Assembly: GCA_965223845.1 (NCBI GenBank)
Contig: CBDCXR010000004.1
Coordinates: forward strand, 6,113,252 to 6,177,251
Direction of reading: 5' to 3'
DNA from: Planctomycetota bacterium
GTDB taxonomy: Bacteria; Planctomycetota; UBA8108; SXIK01
DNA length: 64,000 nucleotides
How positions within the stretch are numbered: position 1 is the stretch's first letter; every line of letters begins with the position of its first letter. The notes below the pieces were generated by a model. It was not told the origin of the DNA and did not search any database. It was given only the letters and a program-made list of their open reading frames with translations. The translations under genes and the position numbers were made by a program. This document shows positions 37,626 to 47,421 of the stretch, piece by piece.

Positions 37626-38087
37626 ATGAGCAAGTCTCTTCTACCGAACGATCGAGGCTACACCGTTCCCGCTCCTCGTGCGAATTCGACGTCACAAAAC
37701 GGCGCGGCGTGGATCGCTCTCGCGCTCGGACTCCTCGTTGTCGTCGGGTCGGGCTGCTCGGGGCACTCACGCACCCGAATCAAGCTCAGCTTCTCTCACG
37801 GCTTCGACGACGGCTACGCGCACGGCGAGGACGATGGCTACCACGACGGTTATCACGAAGGGCGCGCGCTCGGGTTCGACGACGGCGCCGACGACTACCA
37901 CTTCGGGTTCGGCTACGATCCGCACCCCCGTGGGTTCGACTTCGATTTCGTGCTCGAGCTCGGCATCGCTTTCAGCGACTACGACGAAGGCTACAACGAA
38001 GGCTACGACGAGGCGTACCACATCTTCTTCGAGGTCGGATTCCTCGAAGGCTACCTCGACGGTTACGACGAAGGCTACGACTCGTAG
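37626..38087 (+). CDS. small acidic lipoprotein with D/E-G-Y repeats
   Basis: ATG 37626 follows GGAAGGGAGG. Signal plus lipobox: AAWIALALGLLVVVGSGC. The remaining ~105 aa are dominated by DDGY/HDGY/EGY/DEGY units. Confidence 0.6.
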   Translation: MSKSLLPNDRGYTVPAPRANSTSQNGAAWIALALGLLVVVGSGCSGHSRTRIKLSFSHGFDDGYAHGEDDGYHDGYHEGRALGFDDGADDYHFGFGYDPHPRGFDFDFVLELGIAFSDYDEGYNEGYDEAYHIFFEVGFLEGYLDGYDEGYDS

Positions 38088-38213
38088 ATCTACCTCCCAC
38101 ACGCCCAACCCAGCGGTCCGCCGGGGTCTACCCTCCCGATCCCGACACCATTGCCCCGATCTCGGCGGGCCGCACCTTTCGAGGCGAGTCTCGCCCGGTG
38201 AGGAGTCTCGGCG

Positions 38214-40379
38214 TTAGTTAGCGCCCGGCGTTTCTGGCCCGGTGTACTCGAGGAGATGCGCGCGCCGGTAGTCGGCGAAGTTCTTGATGCCGATCTTCAC
38301 GCGACCACCGAAGCCGCTTTCGTTCGCGACGTCCTCGGTGAGGCTCTTCTCGAAGCCCTCCGTCGAGTCGAGCTTTCGCGTGTCGGATCGGACGACGTCA
38401 GCGATGAGTGCGCGGTGACGCTCAGCGATCGGGCCGAGGGTCTCCCAGTCGAGCCAGTTCTCGGCGATGTCTCGAACGTAGGCGAGATAGCGCGCGCGGA
38501 GCGAAGGCACGGCGAGTAGGCGCGAGAGAAGCGGCTTGCTCTCGTCGTCCTTCGCGATGAGGGGGTCGAGGTGGACCGCCTCCGGCTTGATCGGCTCGGG
38601 AGGTCGAGGTGGCCCGCCTCGTCCGCGCGGCGCGCCGAAGCCCGGCGGCGGGAGCTTCGAGCGGAGTCCGTTCGCGAGCTGCGATTCGCTCAGCGAGCCG
38701 CTCTTTTCGGCGTCGAACTCACGGAACCAGCTCGTGAGAAGTGCCTCGAGCTCGTTCTTCGTCAGTTCGCCGTTCGCGTCGGCATCGGCTGCGCGGTAGA
38801 TGCCGTCGCGCATGAATTCCTGGGGAGTCCCGCCCGGTCGCCGCGGTGAGTCGCTCTGACCATCGCCATCGCGTCTTGCGCGAAGAGCGTCGCCGAGCTT
38901 GGCGCTGAACGTCTCCTTTGAGACGGCGCCCGTTTTCTCGCTGTCGAGCGCTCCGAACCAGACTGCCGCGAGCGCTTTCATCTCATCTGCGTCGAGCGCT
39001 TGATCGCGATTGGCATCGGCCTGCGCCATGATCGCCGCCGCTGTCTGGCCGCGTCCCATCATGCGCGCGCCTCCCCGACCGCCGCGCGGGCGGCTCGGTA
39101 CCGCGAACGTCTCATTCGTGTCGTGCGGAATGATGTGAAACTTCCCCTTCTCGTCGAGATAGAGGTTGTAGTCGCTCGAGCGAATCCAGTAACCGTCGTT
39201 GCTGACGAGCACGTTCTCGAGCGCGAGGAAGCGGAGCGCGCCGTCGATGTCGAGAATGGGGTCGAGCGCGGCTTCGAGCTCTTCCGCCGGCGTTTCAGTG
39301 AGCGTCTTACAGAGTCTCACGAGCGCCGCCCAGGCTTCGGGGTCCTCCTTCGAACGGATGCTGTACGCTCGGCGGTAGTCGTCGACGTCGTCGCTGATGT
39401 AACCGAGCGTCGCTTGTCCCCGCGGGCTTCCGGGCGTCTTCCACCGCGTGCCCTTCGTCGTCCCGAACCACTCCTTGATGAAGTCGCGATTGAACTGCTG
39501 CTGGTTGATGTAGATGCCCCAGCTTTCGCCGTTGATCACGAGACGAACGAAGTTCGCTTTCGTCGCCGGAACGTATCGCTGTGCTATGTGGCAGAAGAGC
39601 ACCGAGCGAAGGAAGCTCGGATCGCCGTGCGAGTTCAGAAGATTGAGCGTTCGGTAGCCGTAGAGACGCTGCTTCTTCTCGACGAAATCCATCGAGAGGT
39701 TGAGCGAGCGCTTGAATCCCGCGCTGACCGCGCCGAAGGACGATGCGCCGCGAAAGTGAACCCCGACGTTCGGATACGCCTTGCCGTCCACGGTGAGCGT
39801 TGCCGGGACGTCGACGTCGGTGTTGTTGAAGTCGGCGAGCTCGGCTTCCCAGTCTTCGCTCTCGAACTCGAGAAAGAGTGTGCGGAGAACGCCGGTGTCG
39901 TAGAGCGGGGCGTCCGGATACCAGGTGACGTCGGACTTGGCGACCTTCGGTCCCGGTGCGGGCGGTTCGGCCGGCCCACCTCGGCGCGGGAACCCGCGGC
40001 GACCGCGACCGGCGGCGCGCTCTTTGGCGAGATGTTCCCGTGCAGCTTTTCGCTCTTCGGCGTTCAGTCGACCGCTTTCATCTTCGTCGAACTGCTTCAG
40101 CAGCTCGGTCTGGCGTCCGAATCCTCCGGGTCCGCCTGGACCCCCCGGGCCTCCAGGGCCACGCGGACCGCCGGGGCCTTCCGGTCCTCCGGGAGGGCTT
40201 CGGCGCCCTCTCCGTTCGGGGCGATCCTCCCGCTCACGCTCGTCTTCTTTCGGGTCTTCCTGCGCGACGGCGTCGAGGGACTCGGATGCGGGCCAGGCGG
40301 GTTCGGGCGCGGATTTGACGGTGCCGGAGAGGAGCGCGCAAATGCCGATGACCGCGGAGCGGGTGAGGAGGGAGCTCAT
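38214..40379 (-). CDS. CotH kinase-family protein with Gly-Pro repeat and EF-hand-like loops, secreted
   Basis: 721 aa, signal SAVIGICALLSGTVKSA. CotH core: TLTVDGKAYPNVGVHFRGASS...LNLSMDF...YRTLNLLNSHGDPSFLR...FVRLVINGESWGIYINQQQFN. EF-hand-like DEDESGRLNAEE, DANRDQALDADEM, DADANGELTKNEL. GGPEGPGGPRGPGGPGGPGGPGG repeat. Confidence 0.8.
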   Translation of the reverse strand: MSSLLTRSAVIGICALLSGTVKSAPEPAWPASESLDAVAQEDPKEDEREREDRPERRGRRSPPGGPEGPGGPRGPGGPGGPGGPGGFGRQTELLKQFDEDESGRLNAEERKAAREHLAKERAAGRGRRGFPRRGGPAEPPAPGPKVAKSDVTWYPDAPLYDTGVLRTLFLEFESEDWEAELADFNNTDVDVPATLTVDGKAYPNVGVHFRGASSFGAVSAGFKRSLNLSMDFVEKKQRLYGYRTLNLLNSHGDPSFLRSVLFCHIAQRYVPATKANFVRLVINGESWGIYINQQQFNRDFIKEWFGTTKGTRWKTPGSPRGQATLGYISDDVDDYRRAYSIRSKEDPEAWAALVRLCKTLTETPAEELEAALDPILDIDGALRFLALENVLVSNDGYWIRSSDYNLYLDEKGKFHIIPHDTNETFAVPSRPRGGRGGARMMGRGQTAAAIMAQADANRDQALDADEMKALAAVWFGALDSEKTGAVSKETFSAKLGDALRARRDGDGQSDSPRRPGGTPQEFMRDGIYRAADADANGELTKNELEALLTSWFREFDAEKSGSLSESQLANGLRSKLPPPGFGAPRGRGGPPRPPEPIKPEAVHLDPLIAKDDESKPLLSRLLAVPSLRARYLAYVRDIAENWLDWETLGPIAERHRALIADVVRSDTRKLDSTEGFEKSLTEDVANESGFGGRVKIGIKNFADYRRAHLLEYTGPETPGAN

Positions 40380-40732
40380 GTCGATCTCGATTCAAGGGGG
40401 GAGCTGCGTAACGGACGGAACCGCCCACGATCGGGGATGAACCCCAGCTTGACGTGGCGGTTGCGAAGAATGAATGAAGATCTTAACCGAGGAAGCGCCC
40501 CGAACTCGGTGTTGTTCGACGGCCGACGTCGCGCGGAGAGCGGGTCTGTCTTCTCCTCCCGTTCTCGTTCTCGTTCCCGACACTCTTCGTATAGCTCTGC
40601 TCCTGCTGCCGCCGTCGTCCTCTGCTAGCTCTCACCCCACCTAGGCCGAACGGGTCGCCCGTTGCCGCGATGGCGAATCGAGCCTTCCCATCGCCCGTTC
40701 GCGAACGGGAACGGGAGCGGGGGGATGCGACC

Positions 40733-41101
40733 TCAACCTTCCCGAGGAAACTCGAACGTCCCGTCCGCGGTCGGGACGAGCGGCCGGGCGTCCAGAACCG
40801 CATCGAGGGGGAGCGGCGAATAGAGGTGGGGATAGCGGTCGGTCGATCCATCGGGCGCCGTGTTCTCTTCGAATCGTAGGGCGTCCCCGAGTCGCGCTGG
40901 ATCGACGATGAGAACGACGACTCGGTTCGCCCCACGGAAGAGCGAGTTCGCAACGGGAAGCAACTGCCGCGCGGTCGAGAAGTGGATGAACCCTTCCCGT
41001 TCCGGTGCGAGGCTCGCGGGCCGGTACTCGCCCAACGACTGGGCTTCGCCCCAGTCGTGCTCCGTCGCGATGTGATAGACGCGGATGGGTTCGTTTGTCA
41101 T
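40733..41101 (-). CDS. DUF952 domain protein
   Basis: 122 aa. VYHIATEHDW...GFIHFSTARQL...RYPHLYSPLPLDAV matches the DUF952 pattern. Confidence 0.8.
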   Translation of the reverse strand: MTNEPIRVYHIATEHDWGEAQSLGEYRPASLAPEREGFIHFSTARQLLPVANSLFRGANRVVVLIVDPARLGDALRFEENTAPDGSTDRYPHLYSPLPLDAVLDARPLVPTADGTFEFPREG

Positions 41102-41117
41102 CGAACGGGTGGAGAGG

Positions 41118-42311
41118 CTAGGGTTTCGCCTTCACCCAATCCTCGTCGAAAGCCGCGTGCTTCATCGTCTTTCCGTCTTTGACGAAGAAGCTGTAGATGA
41201 CGTGGATCGTCTCGTCTCGACCTTGGATCACCGCCGGGTAGTGATACCCCCCGGTCTCGTGCTTTTCGAGATGGCGCGTCCACTTCCAAGTCTTTCCTTC
41301 GTCGTCCGAGATCGAAACCGCGAGGCTGCTCCGGCCGCGCGTCGTGTCGTTGTAGACGAGCAGCCAATGTCCGTTCGCGAGTCGGACGCCGTCGAGCCCC
41401 GATCCCGGGTTCTCGAGACTCGAGACACCGACGGGCCCCCAAGTGATTCCGTCGTCTTTCGATTCCGAAACCCGCACCCGATCGAGGGGGCCGTTCTCGC
41501 GCATGTACGCGACAAGCGTGCCGTCGTTGCGCCGGAGGACGGCCGGCTGGATGCTTCCCCACCCGGCGAGCGGACGGCTCGCGAACCAGGTCTCGCCGCC
41601 ATCGTCGCTGATCGCCATGAGCGAGACCGAATAGGTGTCCGAGTAAAGCGGCATGAGGATGCGCCCCGTCGGGAGAACCGTCGGCTTACAGCGCGGCTGC
41701 CAACCGAGGCGCTGGCTGAGCTTGTCCTCGACGAGTTCCTTCTTCCCGTTCCAAAACTCCTCGCCGCCGTTCGGCGAGAGCTTCAGACGCTCCTCGTAGC
41801 CCTTTCGCATGTCCGCGGCGAAATCGACGGGCTTGAGATACATCGCTCCTTGCCACGACCACTGGGGCGGGCCGTCGCCTTCGAAGCTCGCGGAAACGCG
41901 ATAGTTCGTGAGACAGGATTCCCACGTGTTTGCGAGCACCACGGGCCAAAAGAGCCAGAGTCGCCCGGCGCGGTCGATGTGGAGAGCGGTGTTGCCGTCG
42001 GGGAAGCCGGGGTTGTCGACGAGCGGGAAGGCCTCCGACCACTTGTCTTCGCCCTTCCGTTTTCTCGCGCCGAAGACGGCGACGTCATCGGCGCGGCGCT
42101 CCCCCGAGCCGCGGTACCACGAGACGAGGATGTCGCCGTTCGGGCATTCGACGATGCCCGGGGCGTGGTTGTGGTCCTGGCGCAGCGGGAACACGAACGA
42201 CCCGTCGATCGACTCTCCCGCTTCCTCCGGTGCACCGACGACGGTGGAGACGATGGCTACGGCAATCCACAGCGAAAGTGCGCGACGGGGACGGACGCGG
42301 AGCGGAAGCAT
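41118..42311 (-). CDS. BNR/Asp-box exo-alpha-sialidase-like glycoside hydrolase family protein, secreted
   Basis: 397 aa. Asp-boxes SDDGGETW, SKDDGITW, SDDEGKTW. HAPGIVECPNGDILVSWYRGSGE is typical of BNR_2 sialidase-like proteins. Confidence 0.8.
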   Translation of the reverse strand: MLPLRVRPRRALSLWIAVAIVSTVVGAPEEAGESIDGSFVFPLRQDHNHAPGIVECPNGDILVSWYRGSGERRADDVAVFGARKRKGEDKWSEAFPLVDNPGFPDGNTALHIDRAGRLWLFWPVVLANTWESCLTNYRVSASFEGDGPPQWSWQGAMYLKPVDFAADMRKGYEERLKLSPNGGEEFWNGKKELVEDKLSQRLGWQPRCKPTVLPTGRILMPLYSDTYSVSLMAISDDGGETWFASRPLAGWGSIQPAVLRRNDGTLVAYMRENGPLDRVRVSESKDDGITWGPVGVSSLENPGSGLDGVRLANGHWLLVYNDTTRGRSSLAVSISDDEGKTWKWTRHLEKHETGGYHYPAVIQGRDETIHVIYSFFVKDGKTMKHAAFDEDWVKAKP

Positions 42312-42424
42312 CGGCGATTCCTCAGACTCGGTTTCTCGTTCCGGGGAAAAAGGAGAACGCCGGCAAGGAGCCGGGCCGGGTCATTCTAATCGCCCGCAGG
42401 GAGGAGTGAACACCACTTCGCGCG

Positions 42425-42805
42425 TCATTCGCCCACGGCGTAGTAGAACTTCTCCTTGGCGATCTTGCCGTCCTTCACCGTGTAGACGCCGACCTCTTCC
42501 ATCTGCATTCGCTGGCCGGCCATCGGACCCGCCGTCGGCGTGACGTCGTAGTTAAAGATGAGGGAGAATTCGTCGCCGTTCGGAAACGGCCCGCGGACTT
42601 CTCCGCTGTGGACTTCGTGGTTCGCGAACCACCATTCGTTCTTTCCGCGCACCGCGTCGATACCGTTCATCACGCGCGGCAGCTCGGGCATGCCGACGAC
42701 TTCTTCCGACACCACGTCCGGCGCGTAGTACTGATCGATCGCTTCGAGATTCTTTCCTTCGCGGCAGAGCTCGACAAGCTTCGAACCGATTTCTTGGGCA
42801 CTCAT
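42425..42805 (-). CDS. SnoaL-like / NTF2-fold protein
   Basis: 126 aa, AAGGAGA RBS. The LVELCREGKNLEAIDQYYAPDVVS...WW..HEVHS...V pattern matches the SnoaL/NTF2 family. Confidence 0.7.
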   Translation of the reverse strand: MSAQEIGSKLVELCREGKNLEAIDQYYAPDVVSEEVVGMPELPRVMNGIDAVRGKNEWWFANHEVHSGEVRGPFPNGDEFSLIFNYDVTPTAGPMAGQRMQMEEVGVYTVKDGKIAKEKFYYAVGE

Positions 42806-42871
42806 GCGGGTTCTCCTTTGGGATGGCGCGCGTGCACGCGGATCCTTCGAGCGCGGGCCTCGATCCGCGGA

Positions 42872-44323
42872 TCATTTTGAAGAGGAAGTTCGCCCTTGGC
42901 TACGAGATTCAGCGTGCTTGTCTCGGATCCAATCGGGGACGCGAAACGAAACACTGAATTCGCCGCGATACCAGAGGCTGGTGCTGGGTACGACGGTGAG
43001 CGGAGCCGGAACGAGCTCCGATGCCGGCACGAGATCGGTCGCTGAGCTCGGATCGGCATCGATCCGAAAGCTGCGTTGATCCATTCGAACGTAGCGAAGC
43101 GCGAGCTGATCTCCGTCTCCGCGGAGAACCCCCGGCCAGCGCGCCGCGAGCTCGGCTTCGGTCGCGGGGAGCTCGCCGCGCGCTCGAAAGTGGCGAAACA
43201 GTCGGCCGGCGATGCGGAAGGCGCGGTTTGTGACGCCGGTCTTGAGGGCAGACTTGCATAGAGATCGGACGAGGGTAGTGGACATCTCGCCGATTCTCGT
43301 CGACATATCTTCGAGGTCCGCCGCGATCTCGGGAACCGTGATGCTTCGGTCTCCGCCGAAGCGTCGCTCGAAGCGATAGTAGGCGAGAGTCGCCCTCGCC
43401 GCATCGCGCGGGAGGAGCGCCCAGTCGCGGGGCGTCGCGAGGACACCCACCGCTTTTTCGAACGCAGTTGAGCCGAGCGTCGACGATCCGGTGAGATCGC
43501 TGAGAAGCGCGAACTCAGCCTCGACGAGAAGTGACTGAAAGAGAATTCGTTCGCCGCGCATCGCCTGCGCGAGCCGTGCAAACGGAGCGGGCGGGGTTTT
43601 GATCCAACGATCCACCCGGTCGTCCGAGACGATTCCACGCGCGATGCACGCGAGGTAGGCTTCGTCGCGAAATTGTCCGATCGCGTTGAACATCATCATC
43701 TCGAGCAGCGATCCGCAAGGCGAATTGGCGGCGACGAGACGGTCGAGGCCGACGAGGTACGGATCCGGTCCGTTCGGAGACACGACCGCTTGGATCCGCA
43801 TCCAAGTCGCCAGCTGGCGGAGGGCGAGCAGCGAGGGGATCCTCAATGTTACGGTCTCTCCGATGGTAGAGTCCGGCGAGAGATCCGCGGCCGCGTAGCC
43901 GTGCCCCGAGAGGACGAGCTCCGGGCGCTCGAGGAGCGCGAGGGCTTCGCGATAGTGCGCGTCACGGCCCGCGAGCGCGGAGGCGAGCTCCGGCGACACG
44001 ACGGCGGGTGGCGGGCTCGCGACCCACTCCTCGAACTCGACGAGCGAACTGAGAAGCGGAGTCGACACCCCGCGTTCGCTCCAGTCCCAGAACTCTTCTT
44101 GGAGCGCGGAGTCGACCTCGACCGCGTCGATGAACTCGGCGAGCGTGGTCCAGCCGCCGGCCGCGGCGATTTCGCGCTGAACGGCGGCGAACTCACCGCG
44201 CCCGTGAAGGCGAACGACCGCGCCCACTCCGACCGCGAGGATGGCGAGACTCGCGAGGATCCAGACGAAGGTCGGGATCCGTCGTGCGCGCAGCTTCGGT
44301 TTGGAGGAATCGCTCGGGTTCAC
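42872..44323 (-). CDS. membrane-anchored protein of unknown family, tandem paralogue 3 of 3
   Basis: 483 aa, GTG start, one N-terminal TM (IPTFVWILASLAILAVGVGAVV). Shares REIAAAGGWTTLAEF..AVEVDSALQEEFWDWSER, LDRL..ANSPCGS, GELP...LAARWP..GD.L.LRY and FRVPDW with the two upstream genes. Confidence 0.75.
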   Translation of the reverse strand: MNPSDSSKPKLRARRIPTFVWILASLAILAVGVGAVVRLHGRGEFAAVQREIAAAGGWTTLAEFIDAVEVDSALQEEFWDWSERGVSTPLLSSLVEFEEWVASPPPAVVSPELASALAGRDAHYREALALLERPELVLSGHGYAAADLSPDSTIGETVTLRIPSLLALRQLATWMRIQAVVSPNGPDPYLVGLDRLVAANSPCGSLLEMMMFNAIGQFRDEAYLACIARGIVSDDRVDRWIKTPPAPFARLAQAMRGERILFQSLLVEAEFALLSDLTGSSTLGSTAFEKAVGVLATPRDWALLPRDAARATLAYYRFERRFGGDRSITVPEIAADLEDMSTRIGEMSTTLVRSLCKSALKTGVTNRAFRIAGRLFRHFRARGELPATEAELAARWPGVLRGDGDQLALRYVRMDQRSFRIDADPSSATDLVPASELVPAPLTVVPSTSLWYRGEFSVSFRVPDWIRDKHAESRSQGRTSSSK

Positions 44324-44386
44324 CGGATGCTCTCGGAAACGTCGTGGTGGTGACCGCCGGTGTTTCGGCTTCGTGAACCCTCTTTC

Positions 44387-45829
44387 CTACTCGAACCAGT
44401 CGGGCACGCGGAACTGAAAATCGTAGCCGGTTGCTATCCAGAGTCTTTCCGCTGGTCGAGGCGCAGCGGGCCGCCCCTGCGCGAAGGAAGCGAACTCGGC
44501 GGCGGACAAGAGGGGCGTTGTGGCAATCCAATCAACGGTGACGCGAAACCGGCAGTCGTTTTCGAGTTCGTAGCGAAGCCGGAGTCCGTCTCCCTCCGGT
44601 ACGAAGAGATCGGGCCAGCGCGCGGCAAGCGTTTCTTGATCTTGGGGTAGCTCGCCGTGCGTTCGTCGATGGAGGTAAGCTCGCGCGGCGATCCGGAGGG
44701 CGCGGTGCGTATTGTCGAATGGGAAGAGCGACGAGCAAGTCGAGTAGAGGTCGAAATCGCTCCGATTCGACACTTCACGCGTAAGCTCTCGGAAGCTAGC
44801 TCGGATTTCTGCGAGCGAGATCGACGATTCACCGGAGAAGCGGCGTTCCAATTGATACTGAGCTCGAATCGCTCGAGCGAATTCGTCCCGGCCGAGAACC
44901 CAATCGATGCGTGTAGCGAGGTTCCGGCACGACGCCATGAACGGATGGTCCGCGGACGACCGCCGCCAACGAGTGCCGCCCGCCTCGACCAGAGTCGAAA
45001 GATCCGCGTCGAGGAATGGGATCAATTCGAAGATCCTGTCGCCGCGCATTCCTTCAGCGTAGCGCGTGAATACGCGGGAAGGTGCTTGGAGCCACGCGCG
45101 GGCGAGATCGGGACTCACCTGCCTTCGGACGATCGCGGCGAGATAGGTTTCGTCCCGAGTCCACCCGAAGAGGCGGGAAAGAAACGCGTCCCACGATTTG
45201 CCGCAAGGAGCGTAGCCGTTGTCGATTCGATCGAGGCTTCGCAGCCATCGGTCGGCGCTTCCGTCTGAGAGAATCGATCGAAAATGTATCCACCTCACTA
45301 AATCTCGCAGCGCGCTCACGCTCGAAGTTCGACGGCAGTTCTCGCCGTAGAGCTTCGATGCACCGGTCCAATCCAGCGGCGTGAAACCGTGCGCCGACAA
45401 GATCAGTCCCGGTCGTTCGAGGAGTGTGAGTCCTTCGACGAGCCACGGATGATTCGCCTCGGCCATGTCATCGGCCTCCGGCGGACGCGGCAGATTCGGG
45501 TCGCGCGCGATCCAGTAGTACTCGTCGGGTGGCGACTGGAACTCCCACCGCTCGTTCCAGTCCCAGAACTCCTCCTGGAGCGCCCGATCGACTTCGACGG
45601 CGCCGAAGTATTCGGAAAGCGTCGTCCAACCGCCACTCTCCGCGATGTCTCGTCGGATCGACGCGAGCGCTTCGGCCCGACGGGAGTGACTGATCCAGCT
45701 CACTCCCGCGGCGAGTAGGGTGACCAGAACGACCGACCGGGCCCACGGCCGGAAACTCCGTCGGTGGTAATCGCGCGATCTCGAACGGGTCTGAATCGGA
45801 AGACGTGTTTGTCTGAGTCCGCGCGTCAT
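44387..45829 (-). CDS. membrane-anchored protein of unknown family, tandem paralogue 2 of 3
   Basis: 480 aa, one TM (SVVLVTLLAAGVSWI). RDIAESGGWTTLSEYFGAVEVDRALQEEFWDWNERW; LDRIDNGYAPCGKS; GELPQDQETLAARWPDL...GDGLRLRY; FQFRVPDWFE. Confidence 0.75.
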   Translation of the reverse strand: MTRGLRQTRLPIQTRSRSRDYHRRSFRPWARSVVLVTLLAAGVSWISHSRRAEALASIRRDIAESGGWTTLSEYFGAVEVDRALQEEFWDWNERWEFQSPPDEYYWIARDPNLPRPPEADDMAEANHPWLVEGLTLLERPGLILSAHGFTPLDWTGASKLYGENCRRTSSVSALRDLVRWIHFRSILSDGSADRWLRSLDRIDNGYAPCGKSWDAFLSRLFGWTRDETYLAAIVRRQVSPDLARAWLQAPSRVFTRYAEGMRGDRIFELIPFLDADLSTLVEAGGTRWRRSSADHPFMASCRNLATRIDWVLGRDEFARAIRAQYQLERRFSGESSISLAEIRASFRELTREVSNRSDFDLYSTCSSLFPFDNTHRALRIAARAYLHRRTHGELPQDQETLAARWPDLFVPEGDGLRLRYELENDCRFRVTVDWIATTPLLSAAEFASFAQGRPAAPRPAERLWIATGYDFQFRVPDWFE

Positions 45830-45972
45830 TTAACCCCTACGCGTGCGCCTTGCCGACCAGCTCGAGTCACTCCGAAATCCGGAGTTCGTAGAGTGGTCTA
45901 GGATGTTCCGCCGCGCCCCGGTGACTAGTGAAGCCCTGTTCACTCCTCGGGATCTTTCTTCGCTTTCTTGAT

Positions 45973-47421
45973 TCACGTGGCTATTCGAACCACTCGGGGA
46001 TTCGAAACTCGAAGCGAAAACTCCAACCCGCCCAGAGGACCCCCTTCGACTTTGAGGTCGATCGGGTCGTCTGACTTCGACCAGAGCGCGATTTGTTCTG
46101 GGGATGCGAGCCTGCGCGGGCTCCTAGGGTCGACCGCGATCCGAAACTGATCGGCGCTCAGCTTCTCATACCGGATTCCGAGTCGATCGCCCGGCGCGGA
46201 GTAGAGATTCGGCCAGCGCTTCGCGAGTGACGCGTCGTCGGGGGGGAGCTCGCCGCTCGTTTTCCGGTCGAGATAAATGCGGCCGGCTAGCCGGATGATC
46301 CGGTGGGATGTGTCAAGAGCAAGAACCGCTGCGGAGAGCCCGGCGATATCCGGGCCGAGGATCCTGCCGTAGACGCTGCTCATCGACGAGCAGTCCACCG
46401 CGACCTGCGAGACGTCGACCGAGAGATCCCCTTCGAGACGACGTTCCAATCGATAGAGCGAGCGAATCGCTCGCGCGCAGTCAGAGGGAAGTGTCAACCA
46501 GTCGGTGGTCGAGACGACTCGGTCCCAAGCCACCGGACTCGCGTCGCGTTCGAGAACGGACCTTATCTTCCACCAGATTCCCATCCACTCTCGACGAGTC
46601 GCACTGCTGGTCTCAAGAAGCCGAGGCCAGAACACGATTCGATCCGCGCGGAGCCCTTCAGCGTAGCGCTTGAATGCGACGGAAGGCGCATTGAACCACG
46701 CGCTCGCAGACTCATCGGTGATCGCTCCGTGGATGATTCCGGCGAGATAAGCCTTGTCCCGGGCAGCACAATGTCGAGCGAAAAAAAACGCATCGAGCAG
46801 GCTCCCCGAGGGAGCGTTCGCGTCGACGAGACGGTCGAGAAGAAGAAGCCAAACAGTGGCATCCTGGTCGGGAGAGAGCGACCGAATCTGAAGCCAATCT
46901 GTAAAGTCGTCGAGCGATCTCGACACGAGCGCGCTCTCTGCGCGCGACTCTCTCATGAACTCCTCGACGCCGAGCTCGGTTGCGTTCGAGCCAACCGAAG
47001 AGAGGACGAGATTCGGTCGCCGAAGGAACTCGATGCCCTCCCGAAAGAGCTCTTTACTGGCCTCCAACGCGTCGTTGATCCCCGGCGGAATCGAGGCGCC
47101 CGGGCGTTGGACGACGAACTCCTGGATGACCCAGAATTCCTGGGCGTCCGCGAAAACGGCCGCCTCAACCACGCGCTCGCGCCAATCCCTGAATTCTTGT
47201 TGCAGACCCTCGTCGACATCGACGGCCTGACTCAGCTCGGCGATTGTCGTCCACCCCCCTTCGGTAGCGATCTCACGCTGAACTGCTTCGAGCTCGCTAA
47301 CGCCGCGGCTCCGCACGAGCCAGGCGAATCCCGCCACGATCAGAATGGAGCAGAGAAGAGTCCCGCCACAGATGACGAGGCGGCCCCTGCGCACGTGCCG
47401 AGGCAGCCCTCTCTTTGTCAT
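45973..47421 (-). CDS. membrane-anchored protein of unknown family, tandem paralogue 1 of 3
   Basis: 482 aa, one TM (LVICGGTLLCSILIVAGFAWLV). REIATEGGWTTIAELSQAVDVDEGLQQEFRDWRER; LDRLVDANAPSGS; GELPPDDASLAKRWPNL...GDRLGIRY. Its ATG overlaps the stop of 47418..47822 (ATGA). Confidence 0.75.
   Translation of the reverse strand: MTKRGLPRHVRRGRLVICGGTLLCSILIVAGFAWLVRSRGVSELEAVQREIATEGGWTTIAELSQAVDVDEGLQQEFRDWRERVVEAAVFADAQEFWVIQEFVVQRPGASIPPGINDALEASKELFREGIEFLRRPNLVLSSVGSNATELGVEEFMRESRAESALVSRSLDDFTDWLQIRSLSPDQDATVWLLLLDRLVDANAPSGSLLDAFFFARHCAARDKAYLAGIIHGAITDESASAWFNAPSVAFKRYAEGLRADRIVFWPRLLETSSATRREWMGIWWKIRSVLERDASPVAWDRVVSTTDWLTLPSDCARAIRSLYRLERRLEGDLSVDVSQVAVDCSSMSSVYGRILGPDIAGLSAAVLALDTSHRIIRLAGRIYLDRKTSGELPPDDASLAKRWPNLYSAPGDRLGIRYEKLSADQFRIAVDPRSPRRLASPEQIALWSKSDDPIDLKVEGGPLGGLEFSLRVSNPRVVRIAT

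Noticed and set aside
40694-40709. 16-nt palindrome cccgttcgcgaacggg, 24 nt downstream of the DUF952 stop, a possible terminator
   Set aside because: The stem is short and no U-tract follows on the transcribed (minus) strand. The evidence for an intrinsic terminator is insufficient.
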